The notes: generated by a model from the letters alone, not told the origin. DNA of 64,000 nt from Synechococcus sp. (GCA_047284725.1 JBJBEO010000001.1:416001-480000); one strand, 5' to 3'; counted from the stretch's first letter, positions 50,735 to 61,478 are shown. Made by a program: numbers and translations.

Positions 50735-51487
50735 TCAAGCTGGATTGCTGCCGAGCGGTAGTTTTGCCGGCAGTCCGATTGCTCGGGGATACGTCTTTGG
50801 GCAGGGGCCTGATGGACGCAGCCGCAGCAGATGGCGCATGCCTTTCCCTGCAGGCAGTTCCTGCTTGTCTTGGTGACTGATCCTGGCGTTCAGAGGACGT
50901 GTGGCTTGCTCCAGGGTCTGTTGGTCATCACTGCCCCAGCGGCCCCGGTAGAGAAGGGCTTCGCCTTCGGGATTCAGCAATGGCACAAGATATTCGGCCA
51001 CCACCGGTGCTGCCGCCACCGCTCTTGCCATGGCCAGATCAAAGTGGCCACGACAGTGGGGATCACGACCGGTGAGCTCCACCCGCTCCGTGCGGATGTG
51101 GACACGATCCTTCAATCCGATGGCGTCCGCCATGGCCAGGACAGCCGCCGTTTTACGGCCGACTGAGTCGACCAGCGTGAGGGTGGCACCTGGCAAGGCG
51201 ATGGCAACGGCCAGACCGGGGAATCCTCCGCCCGTGCCGACATCGATGCAACGGCGTGCGGTCGATGCCGTCTGCAGTTCAGGCTGCAGCGGCCAGAGGC
51301 TGTCGAAGATCTGCGAGACCCAGAAGTCCTCTCCCTCCAGCAATCGTGTCAGGTTGACGCGGGTATTCCAGCGGAGCAATTCGGCCTGCAGAGCCTCGAA
51401 CTGCTGCCGTTGTTCCCCAGTGGGCATCCAACCAAGGGCATTCCAGAGGTCGGGGCCAGGAACGCTGTAGCTGGATGAAGGTGGCAT
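50735..51487 (-). CDS. rsmG: 16S rRNA m7G methyltransferase
   Basis: [19 protein letters not shown]. Confidence 0.96.
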   Translation of the reverse strand: MPPSSSYSVPGPDLWNALGWMPTGEQRQQFEALQAELLRWNTRVNLTRLLEGEDFWVSQIFDSLWPLQPELQTASTARRCIDVGTGGGFPGLAVAIALPGATLTLVDSVGRKTAAVLAMADAIGLKDRVHIRTERVELTGRDPHCRGHFDLAMARAVAAAPVVAEYLVPLLNPEGEALLYRGRWGSDDQQTLEQATRPLNARISHQDKQELPAGKGMRHLLRLRPSGPCPKTYPRAIGLPAKLPLGSNPA

Positions 51488-51562
51488 GGCAGCCCAGGGG
51501 GGCAGGTCTCTTTAGGATGACGCCTAGCCTTGCTTCGAGTGGCGAAAGCTGATCACCGGCGT

Positions 51563-52117
51563 TTGAGCATTTTCCCAAACCACTACGAACGACTGGGTGT
51601 GGAACCAGGGGTGGATGCCGAGTCTCTGCGCAAAGCTTTCAGGCGTCGAAGCAAAGCGCTGCATCCCGACACCACCACGCTGCCTGCGGCCGAGGCGGCA
51701 CGGCAGTTTCAGTTATTGCGTCAGTCCTACGACCAACTGCTCGATCCTCAACGAAGGGCGGCCTATGACGTCTCGCTCCAGCAACAGCGTCAGCCTGCGC
51801 CTCCCGCTGCGGTTGCTGAGGCAGGCAAGGCGTCCCCTCTGTCGGATGGATGGGGGCATGTTGGCGAGCGCCGCCCCTTGTCGGGAGGCGAGTGGTGGGC
51901 GCTGCTGCTGCTGCTCTTCGCTCTTGGCTTCTGTTTGCTGCTGGGGATCGGTGGAGCCTGGGCTCGCGGTCTGGAGTTGCAGGTGCAGCCGAGCTGGATG
52001 GTGGCGGAGCAAACTTCAGAGCAGCTCTTCACAGCCCGCAGCGATGTCTCCTCTGCCGCCAGGTCAGACCCCGCTCAACCGTCATTCCCTGCGCGCTCTC
52101 GAGGAATGGCTCACTGA
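51563..52117 (+). CDS. J-domain membrane protein
   Basis: NHYERLGV...LHPD...YD plus a C-terminal TM helix. Confidence 0.9.
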   Translation: MSIFPNHYERLGVEPGVDAESLRKAFRRRSKALHPDTTTLPAAEAARQFQLLRQSYDQLLDPQRRAAYDVSLQQQRQPAPPAAVAEAGKASPLSDGWGHVGERRPLSGGEWWALLLLLFALGFCLLLGIGGAWARGLELQVQPSWMVAEQTSEQLFTARSDVSSAARSDPAQPSFPARSRGMAH

Positions 52118-52310
52118 CCTGGGGGCTGAGCGTTCTGATCGCGACCCCTGTGTCTGGCGGTGGCAGCAGGAGGAGTGGTCAGCTGAGATCCGCCTGGATC
52201 AGGAGGATCTGTGGGTCACCTGGCATCACAGCGACGACACGTGTCAGCGCAGCTTCCCCTATGGATTGCCGCGGCTGGATGTGGAGGCGGCGATGCGGGC
52301 AGGTCCGTGA
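52044..52310 (+). CDS. DUF3143-family protein
   Basis: TPLNRHSLRALEEWL...FPYGLPRLDVEAA. Confidence 0.85.
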   Translation: MSPLPPGQTPLNRHSLRALEEWLTDLGAERSDRDPCVWRWQQEEWSAEIRLDQEDLWVTWHHSDDTCQRSFPYGLPRLDVEAAMRAGP

Positions 52311-52347
52311 GTCGGGACCAGACTGATGATGACTTGAGGCCTAGGTC

Positions 52348-52635
52348 ATGGCCATTGCGAAACCATCCACCAGGGGATCCAATCGATTCTGCGCTCCCGT
52401 CCAACGGCTCCCGCATCGTCTGACTGGTCGCCCGTATGGTGCCTGTGGCGGTGCGTTGTTTCCTGATGGAGCCTGGGCAGCCATCAAGATCCGCTTGGAG
52501 ACGTGTGGTTGGTCACCGATGCAAATCGAACTGATTCATGGTCACCTGCGTCAGGGCTGGCCCTTGACGATGGCGGCCCGTCAGGCTGCTTTGGTGACAG
52601 GACTCTGCCCGTTGCGCTCCAGGTCCTTGGGCTGA
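52348..52635 (+). CDS. Hypothetical protein
   Basis: 95-aa ATG ORF filling the intergenic space. Confidence 0.55.
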   Translation: MAIAKPSTRGSNRFCAPVQRLPHRLTGRPYGACGGALFPDGAWAAIKIRLETCGWSPMQIELIHGHLRQGWPLTMAARQAALVTGLCPLRSRSLG

Positions 52636-52693
52636 GGCGAGCTGACAATCAACCGCCATTGGTCTGCGAGGCGGGTGTCGGTTGTTCCTCAGA

Positions 52694-52849
52694 TCATTGA
52701 CAGACGGAGCTGTTGACTTCTTCTTGGGTTGCCAGCGGTCCGCAGTTGAACCAACGCACCAGGCTGATCTCAACATCGGTGAAGAGCACCAGAATTCCTC
52801 CGCAGAGCAGGATCACGGCCAGTGTTGCCCAGGTCTGTCGTCGGCTCAT
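52694..52849 (-). CDS. Small membrane protein (51 aa)
   Basis: Manual translation MSRRQTWATLAVILLCGGILVLFTDVEISLVRWFNCG...; ATGA-coupled to bioD. Confidence 0.65.
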   Translation of the reverse strand: MSRRQTWATLAVILLCGGILVLFTDVEISLVRWFNCGPLATQEEVNSSVCQ

Positions 52850-53532
52850 GCGGGCGGGCTGGAGCAGCGGTGCAGTGCTTTGAACTTAGTGGCGAGGTTC
52901 TGTTGATGCCACTGCTGTTCCAAACCTGCAGCGCTGAGGGGCTCCAGTGGTGGTAATTCCGCCAGCACAGGCACCTTGCCCAGTTGTTCCAGGGTGCGGG
53001 GATTGTCGGGGTGTGGGGGGCCGTTGAGGATGAGGCCCAGGATCGTCAGCCCCCGCTGCCGCAGAGCTTCCAGGCTGAGCAAGGTGTGGTTGAGCGTTCC
53101 CAGGCCGCTCCTGGCCACCAGCACGATGGGTAGCCCCCACTGCACCAGTTGATCGATCTGCAGCCAGTTTCGGTTGAGGGGCACCAGCAGACCCCCTGCT
53201 GTCTCCACCACGAGGGGTGATGACGTAGCTGGGAGCATGAGTCTGGAGGGATCCACCTCGGTGTGCTCCTGTTCGGCTGCCCAGTGGGGTGACACCGGTG
53301 CATGGAAGGCATAGACCTCGGGAATCCAGCGCTCCTGGGGTAACTGGAGCAGCTCGATCACCCGACCGCGATCTCCCCCCTCGTCGAGTCCACTTTGAAC
53401 CGGCTTCCAATAGCTCGATCCCAATCCCTGCACCAGCAGAGCACTCACCACGGTCTTGCCCACATCGGTGTCGGTGCCGCACACCACCAGTTGCAAAGCC
53501 TGGGGGTGCATCAACGCAGGCTCGCGCTTCAT
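52846..53532 (-). CDS. bioD: Dethiobiotin synthase
   Basis: GTDTDVGKT, WKPVQSG, ETAGG, LGTLNHT. Confidence 0.97.
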   Translation of the reverse strand: MKREPALMHPQALQLVVCGTDTDVGKTVVSALLVQGLGSSYWKPVQSGLDEGGDRGRVIELLQLPQERWIPEVYAFHAPVSPHWAAEQEHTEVDPSRLMLPATSSPLVVETAGGLLVPLNRNWLQIDQLVQWGLPIVLVARSGLGTLNHTLLSLEALRQRGLTILGLILNGPPHPDNPRTLEQLGKVPVLAELPPLEPLSAAGLEQQWHQQNLATKFKALHRCSSPPA

Positions 53533-54257
53533 GGCTCGTCACCAAGGGTCTGATCGAGCCATTGCTGCACACGCGTCAGCAGGTCTGGCACCAACAGGGC
53601 ATGGTTGCTGCCAGCCATCGACCAGCGTGTCGCCCGGTGCTGAAGGTGCACCGCCAGGTCGTCCAGCAATTGCTGTTGGGCTGCAGGCACCACGATGGCA
53701 TCGGCTTCGGCGGTGACCACCAGCACCCTGCTGTCTGCAGGCAGCCCATCGGGCAAGCTCTTGGTGGAACTCAGCAAAGTGAGGTCGGCCTTCAGCCGTT
53801 GCCTGCCTGCCGCCGATAGTCCGTCACTGACAGGGTTCGCAGGCAGGCAGCTGGCGTGGGCAGGGTGGGCTGTTCGCTGCACAAACGTGTGCAGCATCGC
53901 CGCTTCGTTTGCGGTGCCAATGCAGCGCTCCATGCCGTTCAAGGCGGTGTGGAGAGAGCGCCCGGCCCGTCCTTCGGGCACAAAACGACCGAAGCTGGCG
54001 AGGAGAACCACATCACTGGCGTTGGCCAGCACCGCTGGGTCAATCAGGTGAGGTCCGAGGGAATGGCCGATCACTACCCTGCGTTGAAGCCGGGGCGCAT
54101 CGTGGTCCGGGATCCAGGTCGGCTGCGTTGGGGGCCTAGCGCCATAGCCCCGTTCGCCGCTTTGCCATTGCCAGCCGTGGCGGTGAAAGTGGCGCTGCCA
54201 CGGAGCCCAGACGCGCCCATCACCGCTCCAGCCATGCATGGCGATCGCTTGCTTCAT
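53529..54257 (-). CDS. Alpha/beta hydrolase in the biotin cluster (BioH/BioK-like)
   Basis: MHGWSGD, GHSLG, C-terminal His; located between bioF and bioD. Confidence 0.85.
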   Translation of the reverse strand: MKQAIAMHGWSGDGRVWAPWQRHFHRHGWQWQSGERGYGARPPTQPTWIPDHDAPRLQRRVVIGHSLGPHLIDPAVLANASDVVLLASFGRFVPEGRAGRSLHTALNGMERCIGTANEAAMLHTFVQRTAHPAHASCLPANPVSDGLSAAGRQRLKADLTLLSSTKSLPDGLPADSRVLVVTAEADAIVVPAAQQQLLDDLAVHLQHRATRWSMAGSNHALLVPDLLTRVQQWLDQTLGDEP

Positions 54258-54276
54258 CGGCGGTGAATCGGTGCTG

Positions 54277-55452
54277 TCATGACGTCGGTCTTGTTTGGGC
54301 CAGGCAGTGCAGCAACAACTCCAATGTGTCATCGGATTGTTGGCGATGCAGCACCAGCCTCAACCGGGCTGTTCCCTCCGGCACGGTGGGCGGCCGGATG
54401 GCGATGCTGAGGATGCCTTCCCGTTCCAGGTTCTGTTGCAGATCCAGCGTGCGCTGGTCGTCGCCCACCAACAGCGGCAGGATCGGTCCTCGGCCGCCGG
54501 GGCGGGGCCAGCCTGCATCAGCGATCCTGTCGCGCCAGTGTTCGGCGCGCTGCACAAGAGTGTCCCCCCACTGGGGGTTGGCCTGAATCAACTCCAGTGC
54601 GGCCAAGGCACCTGCTGCCAAGGGAGGCGCTAATGCCGTGGTGTAGCGGAAGGCCCCGCTGGTCTGCAGCAGGGTGTCGCCCCAGAAGGCATCGGTGGCG
54701 AGAAACGCACCGCCACTGCCGAAGGCCTTCCCGAAGGTGCCACTGACCATCGTGATGGTTTTGTCGATGGGCGTCTCGGGTCTTGCCACGGTTGCGGCAA
54801 GACCCCGCCCCCCCGGGCCCAGCACCCCGACGGCATGGGCTTCATCCAGCAGCAACCGAGCGTCGTGGCGCTGGCACAGTGCGCTGAGACTTTCGAGATT
54901 CGGGCTGGTGCCCTCCATGCTGAACAGGCTTTCGCTGATCACAAGCAGCGGTTGGCTTGGACGTCTGGTGCGGACGTTCTCCAGCTTGTGTTGCAGGTCG
55001 CTGAGGTCGTTATGAGCGAAACGCTTCAGCTGACCACCGCTGGTCTGGATACCCACCAGCAGGGAGTGATGAATCAGTCGATCGGCCAACACAGTGGTGT
55101 GGCGATCAGCCAGGGCGGCCACGGCAGCGAGGTTGGCCTGAAAGCCACTGGGGAACAGCAGCACGGTGTCCCATCCCAACCAGTGCCCAAGGGCTTGTTC
55201 AAGCTGCTGATGCACCGGACGGCTACCGGTCACCAAGCGGGATCCGGCCGACCCCACTCCCTGCTCCTGGATCACCGTCCAGGCGGCTTGCTGCACCACA
55301 GGATGGCGGGCCAGGTTGAGATAGTCATTGCTGGCGAGATCGGCCAGAGCCTCCGTCTCGTCCGCGTCACCTGCAGGTCGCAGCCGATCTGAGCTGCTGC
55401 CTGGCATCCACGTGCGCAGCTGGCGGCGTCGTGCAGGCGGAATGCTGACCAT
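54277..55452 (-). CDS. bioF: 8-amino-7-oxononanoate synthase
   Basis: SNDYLNL, DEAHA, GTFGKA, IRPPTVP. Confidence 0.96.
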   Translation of the reverse strand: MVSIPPARRRQLRTWMPGSSSDRLRPAGDADETEALADLASNDYLNLARHPVVQQAAWTVIQEQGVGSAGSRLVTGSRPVHQQLEQALGHWLGWDTVLLFPSGFQANLAAVAALADRHTTVLADRLIHHSLLVGIQTSGGQLKRFAHNDLSDLQHKLENVRTRRPSQPLLVISESLFSMEGTSPNLESLSALCQRHDARLLLDEAHAVGVLGPGGRGLAATVARPETPIDKTITMVSGTFGKAFGSGGAFLATDAFWGDTLLQTSGAFRYTTALAPPLAAGALAALELIQANPQWGDTLVQRAEHWRDRIADAGWPRPGGRGPILPLLVGDDQRTLDLQQNLEREGILSIAIRPPTVPEGTARLRLVLHRQQSDDTLELLLHCLAQTRPTS

Positions 55453-55511
55453 TCGATCACTCTGAATCAGGCGAGCCGGTCAGCGCGACTGACCTCCCTA
55501 GGATTCTCGCT

Positions 55512-58286
55512 ATGGCTGATCCCAACTCATCTGCTGCGCAGACTGCCTCCGATGGGGTCATCGACCTCGAGCAGGTGTTCCCCTTCCCGCTGGATGATTT
55601 TCAGCTCGAGGCCATCGATGCCCTCAATCAGGGCCATTCTGTTGTGGTCAGTGCGCCGACGGGGTCGGGCAAGACCTTGGTGGGTGAATACGCCATCCAC
55701 CGAGCCATTGCCCATGGCCAGAAGGTGTTCTACACCACGCCACTGAAGGCGCTGTCCAACCAAAAGCTGAGGGATTTCCGCGAGCAGTTCGGAGCCGATA
55801 ACGTTGGTTTGATGACCGGGGACCTGAGCGTCAACCGGGAGGCCCAGGTGGTCGTGATGACCACCGAGATTTTCCGCAACATGCTCTATGCGGAAGCGGA
55901 CCAGGGAGATGACCCCCTGGCTGACGTGGAGGCGGTAGTCCTCGATGAGTGCCATTACATGAATGATTCCCAGCGTGGAACCGTCTGGGAGGAATCGATC
56001 ATTCACTGCCCGCCATCGGTGCAATTGGTGGCGCTGTCGGCCACAGTCGCCAATGCTGGCCAACTGACTGATTGGATCGAGCGCGTGCACGGGCCGACTC
56101 AACTGGTGCTCAGTGATTTCCGCCCTGTCCCGCTCCAGTTCAGCTTCTGCAGTGCCAAAGGTCTTCACCCTCTTCTCAATGAAGCCGGTACCGGTCTGCA
56201 TCCCAACTGCAAAGTGTGGCGTGCCCCCAAAGGACATAAACGCAAGGGCCGTTCACCCAAGCCCCCCCAGCCCGAACCACCGCCGATCAGCTTTGTGGTG
56301 GCCCAGATGGCGGAGCGCGACATGCTCCCGGCGATTTATTTCATTTTCAGTCGCCGAGGCTGCGACAAGGCGGTGCGTGAACTCGGCGTTCAGTGTCTGG
56401 TCACAGCTGAAGAGCAGGCCCGCATTGCGGCTCGTTTGAAGGCCTATGCCGCTGTCAACCCTGAAGCGGTCCGGGATGGCCTCCATGCCGATGCCTTGCT
56501 GCGGGGAATCGCTGCCCACCATGCCGGTGTGCTGCCGGCCTGGAAGGAGCTGATCGAAGAGTTGTTCCAGCAGGGGCTTGTGAAGGTGGTCTTTGCCACC
56601 GAAACACTGGCGGCAGGCATCAATATGCCCGCCCGGAGCACGGTGATTGCGTCTCTGTCGAAGCGCACTGAGCGTGGACATCGCCCCCTGATGGCCAGTG
56701 AGTTTCTGCAGATGGCTGGTCGGGCCGGGCGTCGGGGCCTCGACTCCCAGGGTTATGTGGTCACCGTTCAGAGCCGTTTTGAGGGGGTACGCGAAGCAGG
56801 GCAGTTGGCCACCAGTCCGGCCGATCCGCTGGTGAGCCAGTTCACGCCAAGCTACGGAATGGTTCTCAACCTTCTGGCACGGCATGACCTGGCGAAAGCC
56901 CGCGAGCTGGTCGAGCGCAGTTTCGGACGCTATCTGGCCAGTCTGGATCTTGTGGAGGAGGAGGAGCTCCTCACCCAGTTGCGACTCCAGTTGGGTCAGC
57001 TCCAAGGCTCGTCTGGTGATGTTCCCTGGGAAGACTTCGAAGACTACGAAAAGCGGCGCGGCCGGTTGCGTGAGGAACGCCGCCTGTTGCGCATCCTCCA
57101 GCAGCAGGCGGAAGAAACCCTGGCCAACGAGCTGACCCTGGCATTGCAGTTCGCCAGCGTGGGAACGCTGGTGAGCCTGAAAGCCCCGCAGCTGCGGGGT
57201 GGTGTGACTCCGGCTGTGATCGTCGACAAATTGGATGGCCCAGGTCAGTTCCCGCTCTTGCTCTGCCTCACCTACGACAACGTTTGGTTGCTGTTGCCCT
57301 GCCAGGCGGTTGTGAGTCTGCATGCCGAGCTCAGTTGTCTGCAGGTGGAGGGGGTGAGCTCACCTGATCTGCGCAGGAGTGGTGAACTTCGCCACGGAGA
57401 CCAGGCCAGTGGTGGGCTGGCTCTGGCGGTGGGACAGATGGCCCAGCGCCATGACATGACCATCCCGCAGTACGACCTGGCGGGTGAAGTCCTGTCGCAG
57501 GCGCGTCTGGTGAAAGAGCTGGAGGACGACCTAGAAGGCCATCCTGCCCACCGCTGGGGTGATCGCAAACAGCTCAAAAAACATCGCCGCAGGATGGAAG
57601 AGCTGGATCTCGAGATCAGCGAGCGTCAGCAGTTGCTCCATCACCGCGCCAACCGTCATTGGGACACCTTCACGGCCCTGATCGAGATCCTTCAGCACTT
57701 CGGCTGTCTGGACGATCTGCAGCCCACTGAAATCGGCCGCACGGTGGCAGCGCTGCGGGGCGACAACGAGCTTTGGCTCGGCTTGGCACTGATGAGTGGC
57801 CACCTCGATGACCTGCCGCCGGCGGACTTGGCCGCGGCGTTTGAAGCGATCAGCACCGAGGTCAATCGTCCCGACCTTTGGAGCGGTTTCCCTCCTCCGC
57901 CCCGTGCGGAGGAGGCTCTCCATGACCTCATGGGCATTCGCCGAGAATTGCTCAGGGCTCAGGAGCGTGCCCAGGTTGTGGTGCCTGCCTGGTGGGAGCC
58001 AGAGCTGATGGGCTTGGTGGAGGCTTGGGCCAAAGGATGTGCCTGGAATGATCTGATCGCCAATACATCGCTGGATGAGGGAGACGTGGTGCGGATCATG
58101 CGCCGAACGGTGGATCTGTTGGCGCAGGTGCCCTACTGCGAAGCGATCAGCGAGCAGCTGCGCAGTCACGCGCGCCAGGCACTCAAGGCCATCAATCGCT
58201 TCCCTGTAGCCGAGGCTGATGATCTGCTCAAGGCCGCCGCAGCGGAATCGGGTGGACTGAATCCTGCCACGGAAAGGGCTGCGTAA
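55512..58286 (+). CDS. Ski2/HelY-like DEAD/DEAH RNA helicase
   Basis: APTGSGKT, DECH, SAT, QMAGRAGRRG. Confidence 0.95.
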   Translation: MADPNSSAAQTASDGVIDLEQVFPFPLDDFQLEAIDALNQGHSVVVSAPTGSGKTLVGEYAIHRAIAHGQKVFYTTPLKALSNQKLRDFREQFGADNVGLMTGDLSVNREAQVVVMTTEIFRNMLYAEADQGDDPLADVEAVVLDECHYMNDSQRGTVWEESIIHCPPSVQLVALSATVANAGQLTDWIERVHGPTQLVLSDFRPVPLQFSFCSAKGLHPLLNEAGTGLHPNCKVWRAPKGHKRKGRSPKPPQPEPPPISFVVAQMAERDMLPAIYFIFSRRGCDKAVRELGVQCLVTAEEQARIAARLKAYAAVNPEAVRDGLHADALLRGIAAHHAGVLPAWKELIEELFQQGLVKVVFATETLAAGINMPARSTVIASLSKRTERGHRPLMASEFLQMAGRAGRRGLDSQGYVVTVQSRFEGVREAGQLATSPADPLVSQFTPSYGMVLNLLARHDLAKARELVERSFGRYLASLDLVEEEELLTQLRLQLGQLQGSSGDVPWEDFEDYEKRRGRLREERRLLRILQQQAEETLANELTLALQFASVGTLVSLKAPQLRGGVTPAVIVDKLDGPGQFPLLLCLTYDNVWLLLPCQAVVSLHAELSCLQVEGVSSPDLRRSGELRHGDQASGGLALAVGQMAQRHDMTIPQYDLAGEVLSQARLVKELEDDLEGHPAHRWGDRKQLKKHRRRMEELDLEISERQQLLHHRANRHWDTFTALIEILQHFGCLDDLQPTEIGRTVAALRGDNELWLGLALMSGHLDDLPPADLAAAFEAISTEVNRPDLWSGFPPPPRAEEALHDLMGIRRELLRAQERAQVVVPAWWEPELMGLVEAWAKGCAWNDLIANTSLDEGDVVRIMRRTVDLLAQVPYCEAISEQLRSHARQALKAINRFPVAEADDLLKAAAAESGGLNPATERAA

Positions 58287-58302
58287 TCCACCTGAGCCTT
58301 GC

Positions 58303-59700
58303 CTAGCCCTTGGCCACGCTCATTGCGGCAGGAACCACGATGCGATCGAAGTCCTCTGCGCTCACGTGGCCCAGCTCGAGGGCAGCAGAACGCAGGCTTG
58401 TGCCCTGGACATGGGCATGTTTTGCAATAGCCGACGCCTTTTCGTAGCCGATTGCTGGGGTCAGCGCTGTCACCAGCATCAGAGAGCTGTCCACCAGTTC
58501 ATGGATTCGCTCTCTGCAGGGTTCCATGCCTTCCACCATCGACACCCGGAAGCAGCGGCAGGCATCGGTCAGAAGCGTGATCGCCTGGAGAAGGTTGAAC
58601 CCGATCAAAGGTTTGTAGACGTTCATCTGCAGATGGCCGCCGCTGCCAGCCATGGCGACCGCTGCATCCAGACCCATCACCTGGGTACAGACCATCGCCA
58701 TGGCTTCGCACTGGGTGGGGTTGACCTTCCCTGGCATGATCGAGCTTCCCGGTTCATTGGCCGGGAGGCTGAGCTCCCCTAAGCCAGCGCGGGGCCCACA
58801 GGCCAGCAGCCGGATGTCATTGGCAATCTTGAGCAGGCTAACCGCCAACAGGCGCAGTTGCCCCATGGCGTTGACCAGTCCGTCATGGCCAGCCATCACA
58901 GCAAATTTGTTCGTTGCGGAGCTGAATGGCAGGCCTGTGATCCGTGCCAGTTCTTGGGCGGCTTGCACGGAAAAGCCCTCAGGGGCGTTCAGACCGGTGC
59001 CCACCGCCGTACCACCGAGGGGGAGAGGCAGCACTTCCGCCAGGCTGGTGTCGATTCGCTGGGCGGCCATTGCCACCTGATCGCGCCAGGCGGAAGCTTC
59101 TTGGCCGAGGGTGAGTGGTACGGCGTCTTGGAGGTGGGTGCGGCCGATCTTCACGATCGAGCCCCACGACACGGCTTTCTGGGCAAAAGCGGAGGTCAGC
59201 TGTGCCAGTTCGGGGAGCAGGCGCCGACTGATCGCTTCGGCAGCTGCCACGTGGATTGCCGCAGGGAAGGCGTCATTGGTTGATTGGGAACGGTTGACAT
59301 GGTCGTTGGGGTGAACCGGCTGGTTCCCTCCGAGGGGTTGGCCCTCCGCACGGGCGATCAGATTGCTGATCACCTCATTGACGTTCATGTTGGTTTGCGT
59401 GCCACTTCCGGTCTGCCAGACCTTCAGTGGGAAGTGCTCGTCGTGCTGACCAGCGGCAATGGCGGCTGCGGCTTCGACAATCCGATCACAGCGCCGCTGG
59501 TCGAGCACTCCCAGTCGGGCATTGGTGAGCGCGGCCGCTTGTTTGATCGTGGCCAATGCATGGATCAGTTCAACCGGGATGCGGTCGGCGGCGATGGCGA
59601 AGTTCTGGAGCGAGCGTTGGGTCTGGGCACCCCAGAGAGCATCAGCAGGGACTTCGATCGATCCCATGCTGTCGTTCTCAATCCGTGTCTCTGCCGCCAT
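58303..59700 (-). CDS. fumC: Fumarate hydratase class II
   Basis: GSGTQTNMN, GRTHLQDA, GSSIMPGKVNP. Confidence 0.98.
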   Translation of the reverse strand: MAAETRIENDSMGSIEVPADALWGAQTQRSLQNFAIAADRIPVELIHALATIKQAAALTNARLGVLDQRRCDRIVEAAAAIAAGQHDEHFPLKVWQTGSGTQTNMNVNEVISNLIARAEGQPLGGNQPVHPNDHVNRSQSTNDAFPAAIHVAAAEAISRRLLPELAQLTSAFAQKAVSWGSIVKIGRTHLQDAVPLTLGQEASAWRDQVAMAAQRIDTSLAEVLPLPLGGTAVGTGLNAPEGFSVQAAQELARITGLPFSSATNKFAVMAGHDGLVNAMGQLRLLAVSLLKIANDIRLLACGPRAGLGELSLPANEPGSSIMPGKVNPTQCEAMAMVCTQVMGLDAAVAMAGSGGHLQMNVYKPLIGFNLLQAITLLTDACRCFRVSMVEGMEPCRERIHELVDSSLMLVTALTPAIGYEKASAIAKHAHVQGTSLRSAALELGHVSAEDFDRIVVPAAMSVAKG

Positions 59701-59757
59701 CTGGTCTGCGCCCCGCGGGAACGCTGTTGCACAGCGCTTCATCCTGCCAGCAGGCAT

Positions 59758-59868
59758 TCAGTCGTTCGCGCTGGGCCTCAGCACCAGCCACACGATCAGC
59801 AGTAAACCCGTGGTGCTGACCAGGGTGTAGATCCAGTCGGCGTAGGGTGTCCAGAACAGGGCAGCCAT
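59758..59868 (-). CDS. Small single-TM protein (36 aa)
   Basis: Manual translation MAALFWTPYADWIYTLVSTTGLLLIVWLVLRPSAND; fills the purB-fumC gap. Confidence 0.55.
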   Translation of the reverse strand: MAALFWTPYADWIYTLVSTTGLLLIVWLVLRPSAND

Positions 59869-59875
59869 GAGCCGG

Positions 59876-61171
59876 TCAGAGACCAAGACGCTCCCAGATC
59901 ACACCGAGGTTGGCTTGGTGGAGGTCCGTGCTGAAACAGTCGGCGAGTTGCTCAGCGTTCAGCTTGCTGGTGACCTCTGGATCAGCGGCCAGGTTGGCGC
60001 GGAAGTCTCCGCCGTCAGTGTTCCAAGCGGTGTGGGCATTGCGTTGCACGACGCTGTAAGCGTCTTCTCGGCTCATGCCGGCATCCACGAGGCCGAGAAG
60101 CACCCGCTGGCTGAACACCACACCGCCATAGACATTCATGTTGCGGAGCATGTTGCCGGGATAGACACCGAGGCCAGCGATGACAGCGGTCATTTCCCGA
60201 AGCATGAAATGCAGGGTGACGGAGCAGTCGGGCAACATCATTCGCTCTGTGGAACTGTGGCTGATGTCGCGCTCGTGCCACAGGGCCACATTCTCAAGAG
60301 CCGCGACCACATAGCTGCGCAGCACTCGGGCCAGGCCGCTGATGCGCTCGCTGCGGATCGGATTGCGTTTGTGGGGCATGGCTGAGCTGCCCTTCTGCCC
60401 CTTCGCGAAGCTTTCTTCCACCTCGAGCACATCGGTGCGCTGCAAGTTGCGGATTTCAGTGGCGAAGCGATCTAATGAGGCTCCCACCAGAGCCAGGGTC
60501 TGGATGTAATCGGCGTGACGGTCGCGGGAAATCACCTGCGTGCTGGCCGTGTCAGGGGTGAGTCCGAGCCGTTCACAGGTGAGCCTTTCCACGTCGGGAT
60601 CGGTATTGGCGTAGGTGCCCATGGCCCCGCTGATCTGACCCACAGAGACGTCGCGCTCCAGCCGCTCGAGACGCTCGGCATTCCGACGGGTTTCGGCCAG
60701 CCAGCCGGCCAATTTGAAGCCGAAGGTGATCGGTTCGCCATGAATGGCGTGGGAGCGGCCGATCATCACCGTGGCTTTGTGTTCAGCCGCCAGCTTGGCG
60801 ATGGCGGTATCGAGGGCTGCCAATTCCTTGCGCAGCAGGGCTACGGAGGCCTTGAGCTGCAGGGCTACACCGGTATCCAGCACATCACTGCTGGTCATGC
60901 CCACATGGATGAAGCGACCGGCATCGCCCACGTGCTCGTTCACGTTGGTGAGGAAGGCGATCACGTCGTGGCGCACTTCCGCTTCTATTGCGAGGATCCG
61001 CTCCGGCTCAAATGCCGCCTTGGTACGGATGTCCTGCATCGCTGCCTCGGGCACGCGACCGAGACTGCAATTGGCTTCACACGCGGCCACCTCCACGTCG
61101 AGCCAGCTTTGATATTTGGCTCTGTCAGTCCAGAGCTCGCCCATTTCGGGCAGGGTGTATCTCTCGATCAA
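59876..61171 (-). CDS. purB: Adenylosuccinate lyase
   Basis: TTG start MIERY; GSSAMPHKRNP. Confidence 0.98.
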   Translation of the reverse strand: MIERYTLPEMGELWTDRAKYQSWLDVEVAACEANCSLGRVPEAAMQDIRTKAAFEPERILAIEAEVRHDVIAFLTNVNEHVGDAGRFIHVGMTSSDVLDTGVALQLKASVALLRKELAALDTAIAKLAAEHKATVMIGRSHAIHGEPITFGFKLAGWLAETRRNAERLERLERDVSVGQISGAMGTYANTDPDVERLTCERLGLTPDTASTQVISRDRHADYIQTLALVGASLDRFATEIRNLQRTDVLEVEESFAKGQKGSSAMPHKRNPIRSERISGLARVLRSYVVAALENVALWHERDISHSSTERMMLPDCSVTLHFMLREMTAVIAGLGVYPGNMLRNMNVYGGVVFSQRVLLGLVDAGMSREDAYSVVQRNAHTAWNTDGGDFRANLAADPEVTSKLNAEQLADCFSTDLHQANLGVIWERLGL

Positions 61172-61214
61172 GGCCAGCGCGTGGCAACGACCACACCAAT
61201 GTATGGCCCGGCCT

Positions 61215-61478
61215 TCAGGCGGAATGCAGGCGTTGGTGCTCCACTTCCCACTGAACATGCCTGCCCCACGCCTGTTGGCGCACCAGGCAGCGTCCACCAC
61301 GGCAGTGAATCACCTGGAAAGGAGGCAGGTCTTCCGGATGGTTGTCGAGAGTGACGAAGCTTCCAGGTGCCAGCAGTTCGAGAACATCAAGCCTGCTGTC
61401 CTGAACCACTGCCGTGGGGGCACGTTGATCACGGTCGCGACGAGGCAGGTGATTGCGGGGTGGCTTACTGGCGGACAC
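61215..61478 (-). CDS. Conserved hypothetical protein
   Basis: GSFVTLDNHPEDLPPFQVIHCRGGRCLVRQQAWG. Confidence 0.7.
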   Translation of the reverse strand: MSASKPPRNHLPRRDRDQRAPTAVVQDSRLDVLELLAPGSFVTLDNHPEDLPPFQVIHCRGGRCLVRQQAWGRHVQWEVEHQRLHSA

